This document shows, one piece after another, positions 25,641 to 39,552 of a stretch of DNA of 64,000 bases (the first letter of the stretch is position 1; every line of letters begins with the position of its first letter). Position numbers and translations under genes: made by a program. Location of the stretch: the NCBI RefSeq assembly GCF_006345805.1, contig NC_043007.1:49972001-50036000 (forward strand), written 5' to 3'. The notes beneath the pieces are model-generated. The model searched no databases and was not told the DNA's origin. It saw only the letters and a program-made list of their open reading frames with translations. This DNA comes from Octopus sinensis. Taxonomy: Eukaryota.

Positions 25641-28404
25641 GTATGACTTTTGCTTCACATTCGTACAAGTTGGCTCCAAGTCTCACTCAGAGACCTCAAG
25701 AGACAACAAGTTAGAAGTTCATGCCGGTGTTATGCTTAGGTGGCATATATTTGGTTTTGTACATAGTGTTGTTCTGGAGATTGTTTAAGAAACTATAAGA
25801 ACATTTGAGATTACATAGACAGTATTTTACGCAGGATATTGGCAGTTCCCATCAGCACTATCTTTTGAATTTCTGCTATTTTGGGGTTTCCTGGTATCTG
25901 AGCTAGGTAGCAATCAGCCCCTTTTGCTATCATTCCTATGGCACCTATGACAACAGGTAGTGTTTTAGTATTCCGGTTCTAAATTTTGCTAATTTCTATA
26001 TTAAGATCTTTATACTTGCTCAGTTTTTGATAGGTCTTGACAGATATGTTTATATCGATTGGGACAGTCATATCAATGAGAAGGCATGATTATTGTCTGA
26101 AGTCTTTCAATATGATGTCTGGCCTATTTGCATCTATCTTTCTGTCAGTTTGAATGGTGAAGTCCCAGAGCATTGAGATGTGATCATTTTCAAGCACTGG
26201 AGGTGGTTTGTGTTCCCACCAGTTTTTATCATGGAGCAAGTCCATATTCTTGCAAATTACCCAATGAATATATTGTGTAGCTCAATCATGCCTGTTGAGA
26301 TATTCTCTAGGAGTTAGATGACTGCACATGGAGACAACATGATCAATGGTTTCATTTTGTTGGTGCCATACACGATATGTTTGGAAGCTACCGTTCTTTT
26401 ATACGTTAGCCTGATCTTAGTCATTGATCTTAGACTGCTATGATAAACCCGTCTGTTTCTGATTGTAAGCCAAAAGTCATTAACCATTGTTGCGTAAGGG
26501 CTTTGTCAACATCAGCATTATTCGCTTTTTGGGTATTTTCCATGGAGAGGTTTTTCTTGCCATTTATCAGTCAGAATATCTAAGGCAGCAGTTTTAGCAC
26601 GGGCTTTCATGCGCTTAGCTTTTCCTGCGCTTGTTTCTAGTACGTCTAATTCTGGAATTTGTTGTATTTGGTATTCACTTAGCTATTCCTTTGCCCGTTT
26701 TGTTACTGAGTATGATGCTTTCTTGTTTTCATGTTTTGAGACAAGTTTTAACATAGAGTCATCAAAGTTTTTCAGGTAGGTGTCAATGCCGATTGTGGCA
26801 ATCTTCATTGTTAATTCCAGTTGTAAAAGTCTACAGCCTCCCTCTTTTCTTGCCAGATAGAATCGTTCTATATCTGCCTTAGGGTTGAGCATTCCATGCA
26901 TTATCAACAATTTTCATATCTTTCTGTGAAGATTTCCTATTTCAGTAATTGAACAGCTAATGATATTGAAACTGTAAGTCACCACCGGTATGACTAAAGT
27001 ATTGATCGCTTCGATCCTGTTTCGTGCATTCAGCTCTGTCTTGAGTATTGTACTTACCGTCCGATAACATTTTTTCTGATCCTTTCCCCTCATCATTGAA
27101 TGTTTGATTCCATCACCTTCATCTACCTCTAGGTATTTGTAGCTCTCCGCTGGTTCTAACTCCTTTATGACATGCTGGTCAAAATTAACGTTAGATGTTT
27201 CTGTCAAGATTACATATTTCAGTAATTGACCAGTTAATAATATTGAAATTGTAAGCCACGATTGGTTTGGCTAAAGCATTGATTGCTTCGATCCTGTTTC
27301 TTTCATTCAGCTCAGTGTTGAGTATTGCTCTCACCTTGCGATAACATTCTCTTCTGATCCTTTCCCTCATCACTGAATGTTTGATTCCGTCCCCTTCAAT
27401 CACCCCTAGGTATTTGTAGCTCTCCGATGGTTCTAACAGCTATATGACATTCTGCTGGTGAAGGTTAACGTTTGATGTTTCTGTCATTTTTCCTTTGATA
27501 AAGGTAGCTTTTGCACATTTATCGAGGTCATATTACATCCTGATGTCATCACTGAATTGTTTAACAATCGCTAGTAAGCCCTTGTGTTGTTGGTAATTTT
27601 TTGCAAAGAGCTTTAAATCATCCATGTAAGTGAGATGATTTATATTTTTATCAAACATTTTATAATCGTATTGTGCATCATTGAGCAATTTTGAGAGCGG
27701 TATTAAGGCTAGACAAAAGAATGAATCACCCTGGGAAATGCCACATGAAATTTTTACATCACCAGCATTTAGACAAAACGTTTCTTAATCCAGCTATGTG
27801 ATAGGCTATCAAAAGCATTTTAATAGTCTATCCAGGCTATTGACAAGTTTTTGTGTCGTTTGTGACACTCTTCTAAGATCATCTTATTGATGAGTAGCTG
27901 ATCTTTACAACCATAAGATCCACGTTTACATCCTTTTTGCTCATTAGGGAATATGCTACTTTCTATTAAGAAATTATAGGTATGTTTAGTCAGGACAGAA
28001 GTTAGCATTTTATACATTGTTGTGAAGTAGGTTATGGCTAGATAATTTTTGGTTCATTTGTTTCTTCATGTTTTGGAATTAAGGAATGTTAAACTAGTCA
28101 AGAGGGAATCATACTAGGATGTTGCAAAACATCATTGTAAAGTTTTGTTAGCTGTTCATAGCTCTCTGGGAAGGCGTTCAGTCAGAAGTTAGGAGTTTTA
28201 TCCTTTCCTGGAGACTTCTATTTGCTTGACTTCCTGAGACCAGAGCAGATCTTACATCCTCTATTCTAACAATCCAATTCATTGTGTGTTTTTTCTTCTG
28301 CCCAAATTTTATTCCAAAATTCCTGCACTTCTTCTTTTGATGGGACAGATTTTACTGTAACTGGTACTTCTTCTTTTGATGGGACAGACTTTACTGTAAC
28401 TGGT
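25640..28404 (-). mobile_element. R4/Dong-like RLE retrotransposon, 5'-truncated, same family as 9660-10772
   Basis: NEQKGCKRGSYGCKDQLLINK; SIAWIDY; YMDDLKLF; LNPKADIERFYL; zinc finger and RPDII endonuclease; 3' UTR running into (AAT)n on the sense strand. Confidence 0.9.
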
Positions 28405-28420
28405 ATTTATTATTATTATT

Positions 28421-28670
28421 AGGCGGCGGGCTGGCAGAAACGTTAGCACGCCGGACGAAATGCTTAGCAGTATTTCGTCTACCGTTACGTTCTGAGTTCC
28501 AATTCCGCCGAGGTCGACTTTGCCTTTCATCCTTTCGGGGTCGATTAAATAAGTACCAGTGAAATAATTACCAGTTACGCACTGGGGTCGATATAATCGA
28601 CTTAATCCGTTTGTCTTTCCTTGTTTGTCTCCTCTGTGTTTAGCCCCTTGTGGGTAGTAAAGAAATTGGT
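28421..28670 (+). mobile_element. SINE family B with candidate TGGTATTTAT target-site duplication
   Basis: TGGTATTTAT at 28401-28410 and about 28667-28676; short (TAT) run before the head, long (TAT)n after. Confidence 0.8.
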
Positions 28671-28687
28671 ATTTATCATTATTATTA

Positions 28688-28754
<67 letters not shown>

Positions 28755-29426
28755 GTTGTTGTTGTTGTTATTATTATTATTATTATTAATATTGATAATA
28801 ATAATAATAATTATTATTATCATTATTATTATTGTTGTTGTTGTTGTTGTTACTGTTGCTAGTATTTGATCACCAACGTTCTTCCATATCCTTATCTTCT
28901 ACTGCTATATCATATGTTTCAAACGTCTACCACTATTATCAATGAAAGAAACACCACCGCCATTTTTCTTTATACTACTTTTCCCTCCGCGTTTCTTTCC
29001 TTTCTTCTTCCTCTTCTCCATTCCTCCACCTCCTTCTCACCACCTACACTCACAGCCTTCTTTCAGTCATCTAATTACACTGACGACAGAAGATGTCGCG
29101 GGGCTACCTAACTTCAAAGGGCAACAATAATGAAGGCTCTCATTTTCAGACACCAACGGATTTAGATTTAAAGTTTGTGAGTGGCGGCTAAGAATTAACT
29201 GGTGATAAGCTATTTAGCTTGTAAATTAATATCTCTAATTATTGTGATAACCGGCAATTTAATATATCGACATATACTTACATACATCTTGCATTCATAT
29301 ACTGAAATATATTCGTATATACACTTACATGTATACATCTACACATACTTACACACAAACGTGTTTGTGTGTGTATGTGTGTGTGTGTGCATATGCATGT
29401 ATACGTACATGCATACATATATATAT

Positions 29427-29459
<33 letters not shown>

Positions 29460-29468
29460 CACATACAT

Positions 29469-29555
<87 letters not shown>

Positions 29556-29558
<3 letters not shown>

Positions 29559-30170
29559 CGGCTGTGTGGTAAGAAGCTTGCTACTCAACCACATAGTCGA
29601 GTCCCATCGCGTGGCAACTTGGGCAAAGTATCTTCTACTATAACCTCAGGCCGACCAAAGCCTTGTGGCTGGATTTGGTTGACGGAAACTGAAAGAAGTC
29701 CGTCTTTTATAATATGCGTGTGTGTGTATGTGTTTGTGTGTGTATTTGTGTAAGTGCGTGTGAGCGTCTTTGTGTCTCCCACCACCTTCGCTTGACAACC
29801 GATGTTGGTGTGTTTACGTGTCCGTAGCATAGCGGTTCGGCAAAAGAGACCGATAAATAAGTACTAGGTTTACAAAGAATAGGAGTAGGAACAAAGAATC
29901 GATTTGTTCGACTAATGGCAGTGCTCCAGCATGATCGCAATCAAATGCCTGAAATTGTTAAGAGCATAAAAGAAAATAATAATATACATATGCACCATAC
30001 ATACATACACACAAGCAGACTGATAGACCGACTTATACACAGTCAAAAATTCAGGAAGATATGAACACACGTATTAGGCTTACAAATAATAAATCCTGGG
30101 GTCGATTTTTTCAACCAAAGGTGGTGCTCCAGCATGACACATTCAAATGAATGGAAAAAGTGAAAAAAAA
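29556..30170 (+). mobile_element. SINE family A full copy plus a 3' fragment at 30075-30170
   Basis: Head GGCTGTGTGGTAAGAAGCTTGC; tail CTCCAGCATG...TGAA. Confidence 0.8.
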
Positions 30171-30989
30171 GAATATGTATTTATATACGTGTATATGAAA
30201 GGTAACGTGCGCGCGTGCACGTGTGTGTGTGAGAGAGTGATAGAAACAAGGAGGGAGAGACAGACAGAGAGCGAGTGAGTGTCACACATACATGCAAAAT
30301 AATACATACATGACAATACACACCTTCACTCTCTTTCGCTCTCACACACACACCCACACGAGCACACCTACACACGCGCACTTTCTCTTTCACTTTCTGC
30401 TCTCACTTTAAAGCAAATATCGCCTTTTCACTTTCTCCTATTTTTTCAATTTCTGCTCTCTTGAAAGCATAAATTCAAAAAATTTCCCGGAAATTAACGA
30501 ACAATCATATGATCCCATATGATCGACCAATATGATCAAGTTGACAAACGAAAGAATGCCATAAAATAACTTCCTTTGTCACACACACACTTTCTCTCTT
30601 TCTCTCTCTCTCTTCCTCTCTCTTTTCTCTTTAGGTAAAACTTCTGTACGAATTATGCTATTTCTTAGTGTGTGCACGAGCAAAATTACAGCTCAAATCC
30701 AGTTGAAATTACCTTTTTCTATTCTGTAATTCGTGTTTGTGATGAGCATATTTAAAAACCTGGTCTTCGGTATAAACTTAAAAGGATGTTTTCCCAGAAA
30801 TCCTGTCTTTTACCTGTTGTTGCTAGCAGGTCCGAGGTGACATTTGTGCCCCCCACCCTCTACTTTTTTTCTTAAATTTCTTTCGATTCCTATGTTTTCG
30901 ACACAGGAGATTAGGATTGCGCTCAACAAACACGTTCTCAATAATTTAATTTTCTCCCTCTTCATCTCAATTTCTTCAATTTTTATTTT

Positions 30990-31470
30990 TTCAAAAATTT
31001 TTTCTTGGTAATCCACTTAAAAAGAAAACAAAGAGTACGAACCTTTCCGAATTTTCTTCTTTTTTTCTCAAAGAAACTTTACAATCTTCCCAGACATCCA
31101 CTCATCACCTCACTACTTTCAAAAAGCTACATACTCCTAATATTTTACTTTTAGCTTTTTCGAAAGTGGGGAAGTTTCTGCAGAATAATGTCGTTTACCT
31201 GTTATTTCTAGCATATCGGGTTTTCTGGCGGTGTTTTGGTATGTTTTACGTCTGTTATTTCAGTACAATTCTACGAATGCGTGAAGCATCAAACGAAAGT
31301 GAAACATTCGGAGGTTTTAGCTTTTTGAAAGAGGGTAGGTGATGGGTGGGTGAGGTGGGGGAAGGAACATTGAGCGTTTTTTTAAGAAAAATTAAACTTT
31401 AAAAAAATATATATCTCCCAAATTCGCAATCTCTGTATTTTTCTTCGTGGATAAAAAAATTTGAAAAAAG
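30990..31470. repeat. Imperfect inverted repeat, MITE-like
   Basis: CACTCATCACCTCACTACTTTCAAAAAGCTA (about 31098-31130) vs TAGCTTTTTGAAAGAGGGTAGGTGATGGGTG (about 31318-31350), extending loosely outward. Confidence 0.45.
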
Positions 31471-31811
31471 GTTACAAATTAAGAAATTGCAGAGGGGACG
31501 GGGGAGCGGAATTAATATTTTGAAAACGTAATTTCTGGGCAAAATCGTATTAACTCCCTTAATACATAGTTTGTGATCCTTCTAAAGAACAGAAAATACT
31601 TTCATGCAAACCTATGCAAATTGTACCCTCCCACCTTCACTTTTAAATAAACAATAACTTCCATTATACCAGTAATCCAGTTCACTATATATTAAGTGTG
31701 CCGATTCTGCCCATAAGAAAGGAACAAATAATACAACGTGGCTGTATGCCATACCAACAGAGCAATGCCGGGATGCATTGCTAGTGTGTATATGTTTGTG
31801 TGGGGGGGGGG

Positions 31812-31975
31812 GCTTGTTTCAGTTTCCATGTACCAAATCCTCTCACAAGACTTTGGTCGATCTAAGGCTATAGTAGAAGACAGACATTTGCCCAAGGTGC
31901 CACGCAGTGGGATTGAACCCGGAATCATGTGGTTGAGAAGCAAATTTCTTACCACACAACCACGCCTACGCCTAC
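31812..31975 (-). mobile_element. SINE family A, 5' half
   Basis: CCAAGGTGCCACGCAGTGGGATTGAACCCGGAATCATGTGG. Confidence 0.8.
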
Positions 31976-32032
31976 CTGTAATGTTAGTTTCGTTGAAAAT
32001 TTTTTTGCCCACGTGGGAAATATACGTGTTGC

Positions 32033-33267
32033 TTCAATTTTTTTCCATTTTTGTTCAAATCGATTTCATATTCGGTGTATTGGAGTAAACGAAACCGAAG
32101 AGAAAGTAGAGGAGACAAAGGAATAGACAATGTGTTTGGTTTTGATTCTGTAGTCTCGTTTACGTTTCATCAAACATCGGTACAGTTTCCAATTTTAGAA
32201 ATTCTCTCTATTCCAATCATAACTTTCTGTTTTGCACATATTTTATCTATTTCTTTTTCGCAAGATACTCATAAATATCATGTAGCCTCACTTCGACCCG
32301 TACTTTCTGAGTAAATCGTGTGGATAGAAACTCTGTCGAAGTTTATCGGGTAGATTGTATCTGTAATTCGCACAACCACTCACATCATAATTCAGAAGCC
32401 GGTAATTCAGTTGGTCCAACAACGAATGGAGGAGGTCGGCCTAACGCACAAGCATACACAAACGCGGTTTAGTTAGAGTATATTAATCAATCGTACTTTA
32501 ATGATATCACAGAGACTCAATTTGCTTCTGTTTAGGTAGGTCAGTCCAGCTTCTGTTTAGGTAGGCCAGTCCAGCTTCCTTTGGGTCGCATGAAACAATT
32601 GTGTTCTCACAGGGTTCTTTTGTATTTGACTGCACCTGTGGAAATTATAAAATTTGGTTTATTGGCGTAATTTTCCACGCTGAATCTTAGAAGATAATTC
32701 GCTTTTTCCAGAATAAAAAAAAATAATAATAAAAGTTACAGAGGTTTAAAGTTCGATCATTCTTACCCAGTCAGAGAACAGGATTTGGAAGCCGTCATTC
32801 TATGTGTGACAGCACGTGTTGCCAGCTGTAAACAAATAAAATATTGGCGGAATTCTGCTTTGTGCACGCTAATAACTTTCTTTTTTTTTTTTTTGGAATA
32901 TTCAGAAAATATTTGTGAATTCGTATTTTACACACAAGATTTCATATGATTATGCATCCCACACAAGAAATTTGGTTCCTGATTTAAGGTCTATTTAGCT
33001 GTTATTTCTAGCATAACGCTTGTCTTTTAAACATTTAATAAGCGACAAAAGGAACATGTGGCAAGAAACTTGGTAACAGCTATGGCACCTATATGTCTGT
33101 GGCTTTCGATTGGCTAACATTACTCAAAATGTACAAACTTTAAGAGCTATTAACATTTCATCTCTTGATTTTTGACGAAAATGAATTTCATGCCAATGAT
33201 TACTTTACAAAAATACTCCAATACACCGAATATGGAATCAGTTGGAACAAATATGGAAGAAATTGAA
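32033..33267. mobile_element. Putative non-autonomous DNA element defined by about 55-bp inverted repeats
   Basis: 32033-32087 vs 33214-33267, roughly 85 percent identical by eye as reverse complements. Confidence 0.45.
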
Positions 33268-33289
33268 AAGTGGCAGCCAAACTGAATAA

Positions 33290-33900
33290 ATCCTCTAACA
33301 GTACTTCTCCAACTCTGAAGATGTGTTCTCACTTTTGAGAATGCATGGAATGTACTCATTTCTTTATTTACTGTTCAGCCGGTATTGTCTGAGTGATACA
33401 ATGCGACATTCAAAGACTTTATACCTCTACCGCCATCACTTCATCTCACATAAGCCCTATGTCACTGTTAATATGGAAGTTGCCAGTGGAAGTCAGCATG
33501 TTTTTAGTTTTGATGTCCAGGTTGCGGATCTCGTCAAGTATCCAGTCCAATAACTCAAATGTTTGCACTAGCACTGATACTGCAGAAGTATTGTGAGATA
33601 TTGTGTTGTTAAATGCAGACAGCTCTGAGTTCCATGTTTTCCGGAGTCTACAGAAGTGCCCTTTTGTTGTTATTCTGGCTTTAGTCACAGCACCAACGAA
33701 TGCAACATTTTCATCCATTTCGAGGCACTTGCAGCTTTTATTATTTGAGACAGGAGAGATAGACAAGCCTTTGATATACATATTCTCTATCTGATCAACA
33801 TTCTTTCCTCGGTTGATTATCACATTATCACATGTTGATTATATATTTAGCTTACCCAAACTCCATTCCTACATCTCGTTAGAATGTTCTGACTAGTTCT
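33290..33900 (-). mobile_element. R4/Dong-like RT C-terminal fragment (third subfamily)
   Basis: TWNSELSAFN...HNTSAVSVL...LDWILDEIRNLDIKTKNMLTSTGNFHINSDI matches the region preceding RLY in R4/Dong ORFs. Confidence 0.7.
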
Positions 33901-34194
33901 AATAGTCTCTTGATGTTGATTATATTATCAGAATATAACTGTAGTCATTAACAAGAAAATGTGTGAGAGAATTAATTTTATTCTTTTCAGCGTATCGCAA
34001 GATGGGACCTTGGATTTTGTTAACAGGACTGACAAGAGGTTCACTGCCGGTACGAACAACATTACAAATAAACTATCACACTGGAATATGCCTGTTGGTA
34101 GCTTTATTCAGTTTGTAACAGTAAGTGTTACAAGGCAGGTGAAGTCAGGTGAAGGAACAAGAAGTAGTTTAACGCTCAGGACGAATGGAAAAGT

Positions 34195-34230
34195 CTCTGA
34201 CGTTTCGACCCTACGCTCATCGACAGAAAG
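34195..34230 (-). ncRNA. Degenerate minimal type-I hammerhead
   Basis: Minus: CTTT-CTGTCGA-T-GAGCGTAGGGTC-GAAA-CG-TC-AGAG. Classic GAAACGUC palindromic stem III; core has U at A6. Confidence 0.5.
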
Positions 34231-34519
34231 GAGACGGTGGCTTAGGTGTAGAATGAAGTGTAAGATGGAGTTAGTGACGAAGGGTATGCAGCAGAAGGAA
34301 GAATAGCAAAGAGGAAGAGGGCAGTCAAGGGTGTGTGTTTTGGAGGGCGTATGATTAGGCATGCTGGAAAGAGGTATTGGTAAAGTTAACATTTGAACCT
34401 ACACAAATATACATGTATGCGCGCGCATATATATTCACAGGTTCATACTACTTCTTCCAACAAATATACATATATGCGACTGATCAGGGATACTGTTGTG
34501 CGTGTGCATGTGTGTGTGC

Positions 34520-34554
<35 letters not shown>

Positions 34555-35981
34555 GGGGGGGGAGAGATTGTTTCTATAGGTATGTGTATATTTTCATAGC
34601 ATGTTTTGAGAAACACGTACTCTGCAGAGCCCGTTACGTTGATTCAGCTGATACAACGGTCGCCAATTCTCACTCAAACCACACTTGATTGTCTTAAGCA
34701 GAGAAGGGTGCATTAGATAAAGTAGTCATAGATTCCTCATATATGAATAACTGAAAGGATTCTCACGGTTGAAGCGTTTCTCATCATAGGTCTTGTAGAT
34801 CAGGACGAAACTAGGGCAAACAACAACGATGGCAATAAAGCACATACTTCCTATTGGAGCTGTTAACATTAAGTGTTAATGTAAATATATTAACTTTAAA
34901 AACCACTCAGTTTCTTTATATAGAATTGATTTACCTGCTTTGTTATTGTGTTCGAAGTTAAAATCGTTCTATTATTGCCAAAGTTGTAGTGGAGAAAATA
35001 TGAAGAAGTGAAGAACATGAACACGTCTGAGAATAATTGAATATAAAGGATTTGGAGGAAAAGTTAGTATAGGAAAGTGAGTGTTGAATTGAGTGGGGAG
35101 AATGGAAAAAGGCTTGAGGGAAAGAGCAAGTGAATGAATAAAAGATTGTGTCTGCTATAAGGAAAAATATGGCATGAGTTAATATCAACATGTGATAAGC
35201 TTTATATTTATAGATTTAGACAGGACTCCGTGTTGAAAAAAATCAAAGCCTCAGGAAATAATAAATAGGAAAAATTAATAAACAAAACAGGTAAAAACTA
35301 AACATCTTCATCGACAAAAAGAATTACAGCATCAAGAAGAAAAATATAAAATGTTATTCTTCAATGTTTCCATATGATGGGATGAGAGAAAATGAAAAAG
35401 TGGGTGTGAGAGTGGGAGAACGACAGACCCTTTCTACAAAATAGTTTTGAAAAGGTACGAAAAATTGAAATACGCGCACACAAAAGATAGAATGCAAGAA
35501 TTAACACCCGCCAAAACTAGATATAAATGTTTTCTACCGATAAAAAGATGCATCTGTCACTTAGATTTTCAATTTGTAGTCTATCATCTGTCACATATTA
35601 TTGTTCTTTTCGTTGGTGTTGATTAGGCTGGCGAAAGGTTGCTTTTTATATATATAGAAGTCCTCTTACACATTCTTTGTAATTTTCACTCATTTTCCAA
35701 TTGCACAATTGCCACCATTGTCAAAACCAATGACATTCACTATCATTATAAACTGCCACAATCATTTGAAACCTCTTCTTTCGTTTCTCACCAAAGCTGG
35801 TCGTTGTGCCACCCACATCCCATTTGATGAGGGGGCAGCAATATAATCGTTTTGTCTTTCTTTTCAGTTTTCTTTTAATCCTCTCTTTCTCTTTTTTTTT
35901 TCTGCATCTCTCAAACTAAGTCTTTCCTTCTCTTTCCCTCTCATTCGTTTTTCCTCACTCTGTTTTCTTTCACAATGTCAG

Positions 35982-36046
<65 letters not shown>

Positions 36047-36174
36047 GTAGATGTTTCTATTTTATTGATATTTTCTTCTTTCCATTTTCGTGGTCGGCGG
36101 AAAAAGGCCATTTTACCTAACAATTCACACATTAATTAAATTGTGGAACAAGCAACACAACACTAATAAATAAG

Positions 36175-36211
36175 GTTGTTATTATTATTATTATTATTAT
36201 TATTGTTATTA

Positions 36212-36275
<64 letters not shown>

Positions 36276-36369
36276 GTTATCATTATCATTATCATCATCA
36301 TCATCATCATCATCATCGTCATCATCAACATCATCATCATCATCATTATTATTATTATTATTATTATTA

Positions 36370-36405
<36 letters not shown>

Positions 36406-36415
36406 CATCATCATT
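36175..36415. repeat. (TAT)n/(CAT)n compound microsatellite
   Basis: Direct reading. Confidence 0.95.
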
Positions 36416-37949
36416 TGAGACCGCCTTCAATATCGGTATTAAAGAATAAAGTAGTGATAATATGCTGTTGTCAAAATTAAGTTGTTTAGACAGATAAACT
36501 GATTATTTTAGTTGTGAAATTATAGAGAGTCTGGTGGTGTACAGAACCTTAATGGCAACGGAAACATCAACAACAATAGCAACAATAACAGTAACATCGT
36601 CAACCAGAACTTTAATAAAAGCAACAGCAACAACAATATCAACACCATCTGCTACATCAATAACAATTGTTTCTCTCTCTACTACGAGACCAGACTTTAC
36701 AAAGTAGAGGCATAATCATCGGAGTCGATACCAAAAGTACTTGACTTCTTATTTTATTGCCCCTTAGAATGAAGAATGTAAAATTTATTATCGGTGGGGA
36801 TTGAACCCAGAATGTATAACGATATACCTAAATATTTGAAAGTATTTTGTTTCGGTCATTAATGCCTGGATAATCCCATTGATTTATGAGTACTTCCTCC
36901 ATCTTCATAACAAGAAGCAGTAAATGTGTTGTCATTAGTGACTTGTTTATAAACTACGAGTTTATAAACTTGTAGTACAAATCGACATCTGAAAAGAAGT
37001 TAAGTTACAAGAAAAAGGATCAGTGGACTGTTGCTCTGTGTAGGAAGGATTAGAGGAGATCATGGCCGGGGAAGTTAGACAGAAAAACGAATGATGAGAA
37101 AAGAGGAGACGAATAAGTCGAGAATGCCTAGTTGGAGCTGATACAACCCAGCTTTATATGAAAAGCAGATGCTAAAACAATAGCAGTAGGAAAAAAAGAG
37201 AGAGATAACACAGCTGTCTCTGAAAAGTTGGATGTAAGTAGCTTTAGTGCTGTGCCTTTGCCTTTGCCTTACACTTTATCAAACTGGAATATATGATCTT
37301 TCGCTGTTCTGGATAAATAATATAAACATGACTTTCTTTGAGCATTCAACAATCAATCGTCTCTGAGATGCATGCAGAGTGACGAAACCGTACGGGGCGC
37401 ACTCATTCAGTATCCTTACATTGTATATTCATGGACTTAGTTGAAAATTAACATCATGAGCAGAAATAAATGAAGACATCAGCCGAGTCTATTGCAAAGA
37501 TCGAACCAACGGTTTTCTTTACTAAATAAATGAGAATAATCTCACTGTCCAGTGATTGTGGCGAAAGACGTTCTGTGTTGGGCACAGTTGAAATACTTGA
37601 GACCACTTCCTCTCATCAAAAACATTTATAGACTAGATTAATTACCAGTAGCGAAGGAAGTCGAAAGTGGAGAGAAGGATATATTACGAATAGTAAGCGG
37701 GAGTAGGGAAATATGTGTATGTAAAAGGGAACCATACGAAGCATGCGAGTGTAGGCTGTGGGCAACATTTGAGAGAATGTATATGCATTTGGGGTACCAG
37801 AGAAGCTGTTTGTGTCCTTCTCTTCCTCCTCCTCATCATCATCATCATCAGCATCATCATCAGCATCATCTTCACTATTGAGGATGTCACAATGTCGATT
37901 ATATAACAGAGAGTAGTGTGGTATTTTAAGAAATAACTATGTAAAGAAT

Positions 37950-38700
37950 GTTCTATTTGTGGGTTGTTTTATGCTATTAATTGGTTACGGTATAGAATAT
38001 ATTGAGAGTAGAAAGTTATTTTGGGGTGTCGAAAGTTGTTTAATTAAAAATATCCTGTGTGGCATGAGGGCTATGTCTAGCAGGGTTATCTTTCAGATTA
38101 TATGTATCGCTGTGAACCCACGTATGCTTTGCTGATTTTGGGTGGGAGTACGCGTCTGGAAACAATAGAACTTTTGTTATATCCCTGCATATTTTTCAAT
38201 CATTGCAAACAGACCTATTATTATAAAAATTGCTTTTGTTTTCACTCCCCACGTTTTAGTTACCTCTATTTTCTGATTTGTATTTGGATATTTTTCCTGA
38301 TAAGCACTATCGTATGTGGCAATGATATCCGTTATCTATCGCAAAAGCTATTCAACCAATGTTCCTTAATCTCTCTGTCTGTGTGTCTTGGTATAGCCCG
38401 GAGTATTACAGAGTGACCATATCTGACATTCTTGCATATGGTCGAACTGCTATTCTTTGATACACATTCTAGTGAATAAACATTATGAATTATATTTATC
38501 TTATTCATCTTCACTATTATATACCCCGTAGAGGCTCTTTTATGATAAATAGCTCTTTTACATGGACAACAGCAGAGAATTAGAACCTTTTGAGTTCTAT
38601 ACGTTATCAGAAACTGGATATAACCATCTGCTCTTTGGCAATGTGGCTGGTTAATGTTTACGTTAGAGATTATGATCATTCATAACCTAAGCAACCCGAC
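37950..38700 (-). mobile_element. Possible very decayed Penelope GIY-YIG region
   Basis: NVYSLECV....C...R...IKEH spacing and upstream CxC on minus; frameshifts needed. Confidence 0.3.
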
Positions 38701-39119
38701 ATTGATGGCTTTGTAGTTTACTTATTATTGCTGCTTGATGCAATGCACACTAATTGCGATTTGAAGCCGGATAGGTGAAACACTAAACTAGGCTAACCAA
38801 TCAAGGGACTTATAAACGTTATTTTCATTTTCTTTTTTACATGCATAAAATGCTGGCCAGACTTCTCTCAAACCACATCCTGTACACTTAAACATGAAGG
38901 ACACTTAATATAGATCTGAAAATACAAAAATGATAAGACTATTATAGGTGGAATATCTTTAATCACACACATACTCGATCAGGGCATACGTAGGGTTGAA
39001 CAACAACGACGACAATAACAACAAACTATAAAGTAGTTCACATCAATATAAGTTGTGCGTAGAACACCTCAACAGACTATTTGCAGAGTGAAACAAAAAT
39101 ATTGATTTCATATTTTAGC

Positions 39120-39300
39120 AGAAGGCCAGCTCGTTCGGGGAAGGGGTGGGGTAAAGGTGATTACATCGAACCCAGTGTTCAGCTGGAACACTTTTTATCG
39201 ACCACGAAAGGGATGAAAGGCAAAGTCAAACTCGGCGAAATTTGGACTCAGAACATAAAGACGGTTGAATTGTCGCTAACGATTCTGCCAGATCATCGCT
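39120..39300 (-). mobile_element. SINE family B, decayed
   Basis: GATTACATCGAACCCAGT...GAAAGGCAAAGTCAAACTCGGCGAAATTTGGACTCAGAAC. Confidence 0.75.
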
Positions 39301-39552
39301 TTAAACAACGAAGCAGAATATTTATTGTGAAACACCACTAGAATATAAGAAGGGAAACGATTGTTACAGCAGCCAAGCCCATCTCTCACTCCCTTGTCAC
39401 TATTAATATAATCCACACCAAACACTCACGTATATTTATAACACTTCACAAAACAACAGCATGTTCACCCTCACTCCACGCAGGCATAAAAATCCTACAT
39501 AGAATCAGAAATTACTGCAGCACACCTAATACAGAGCTGGGATGGATGGCAT

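Noticed and set aside
33305-33362. CTGAAGA with a 9-bp hairpin and GGAATGTACTC, an HHR look-alike
   Set aside because: GAAA absent, stem I poor, and it lies antisense within apparent Dong-like coding sequence.
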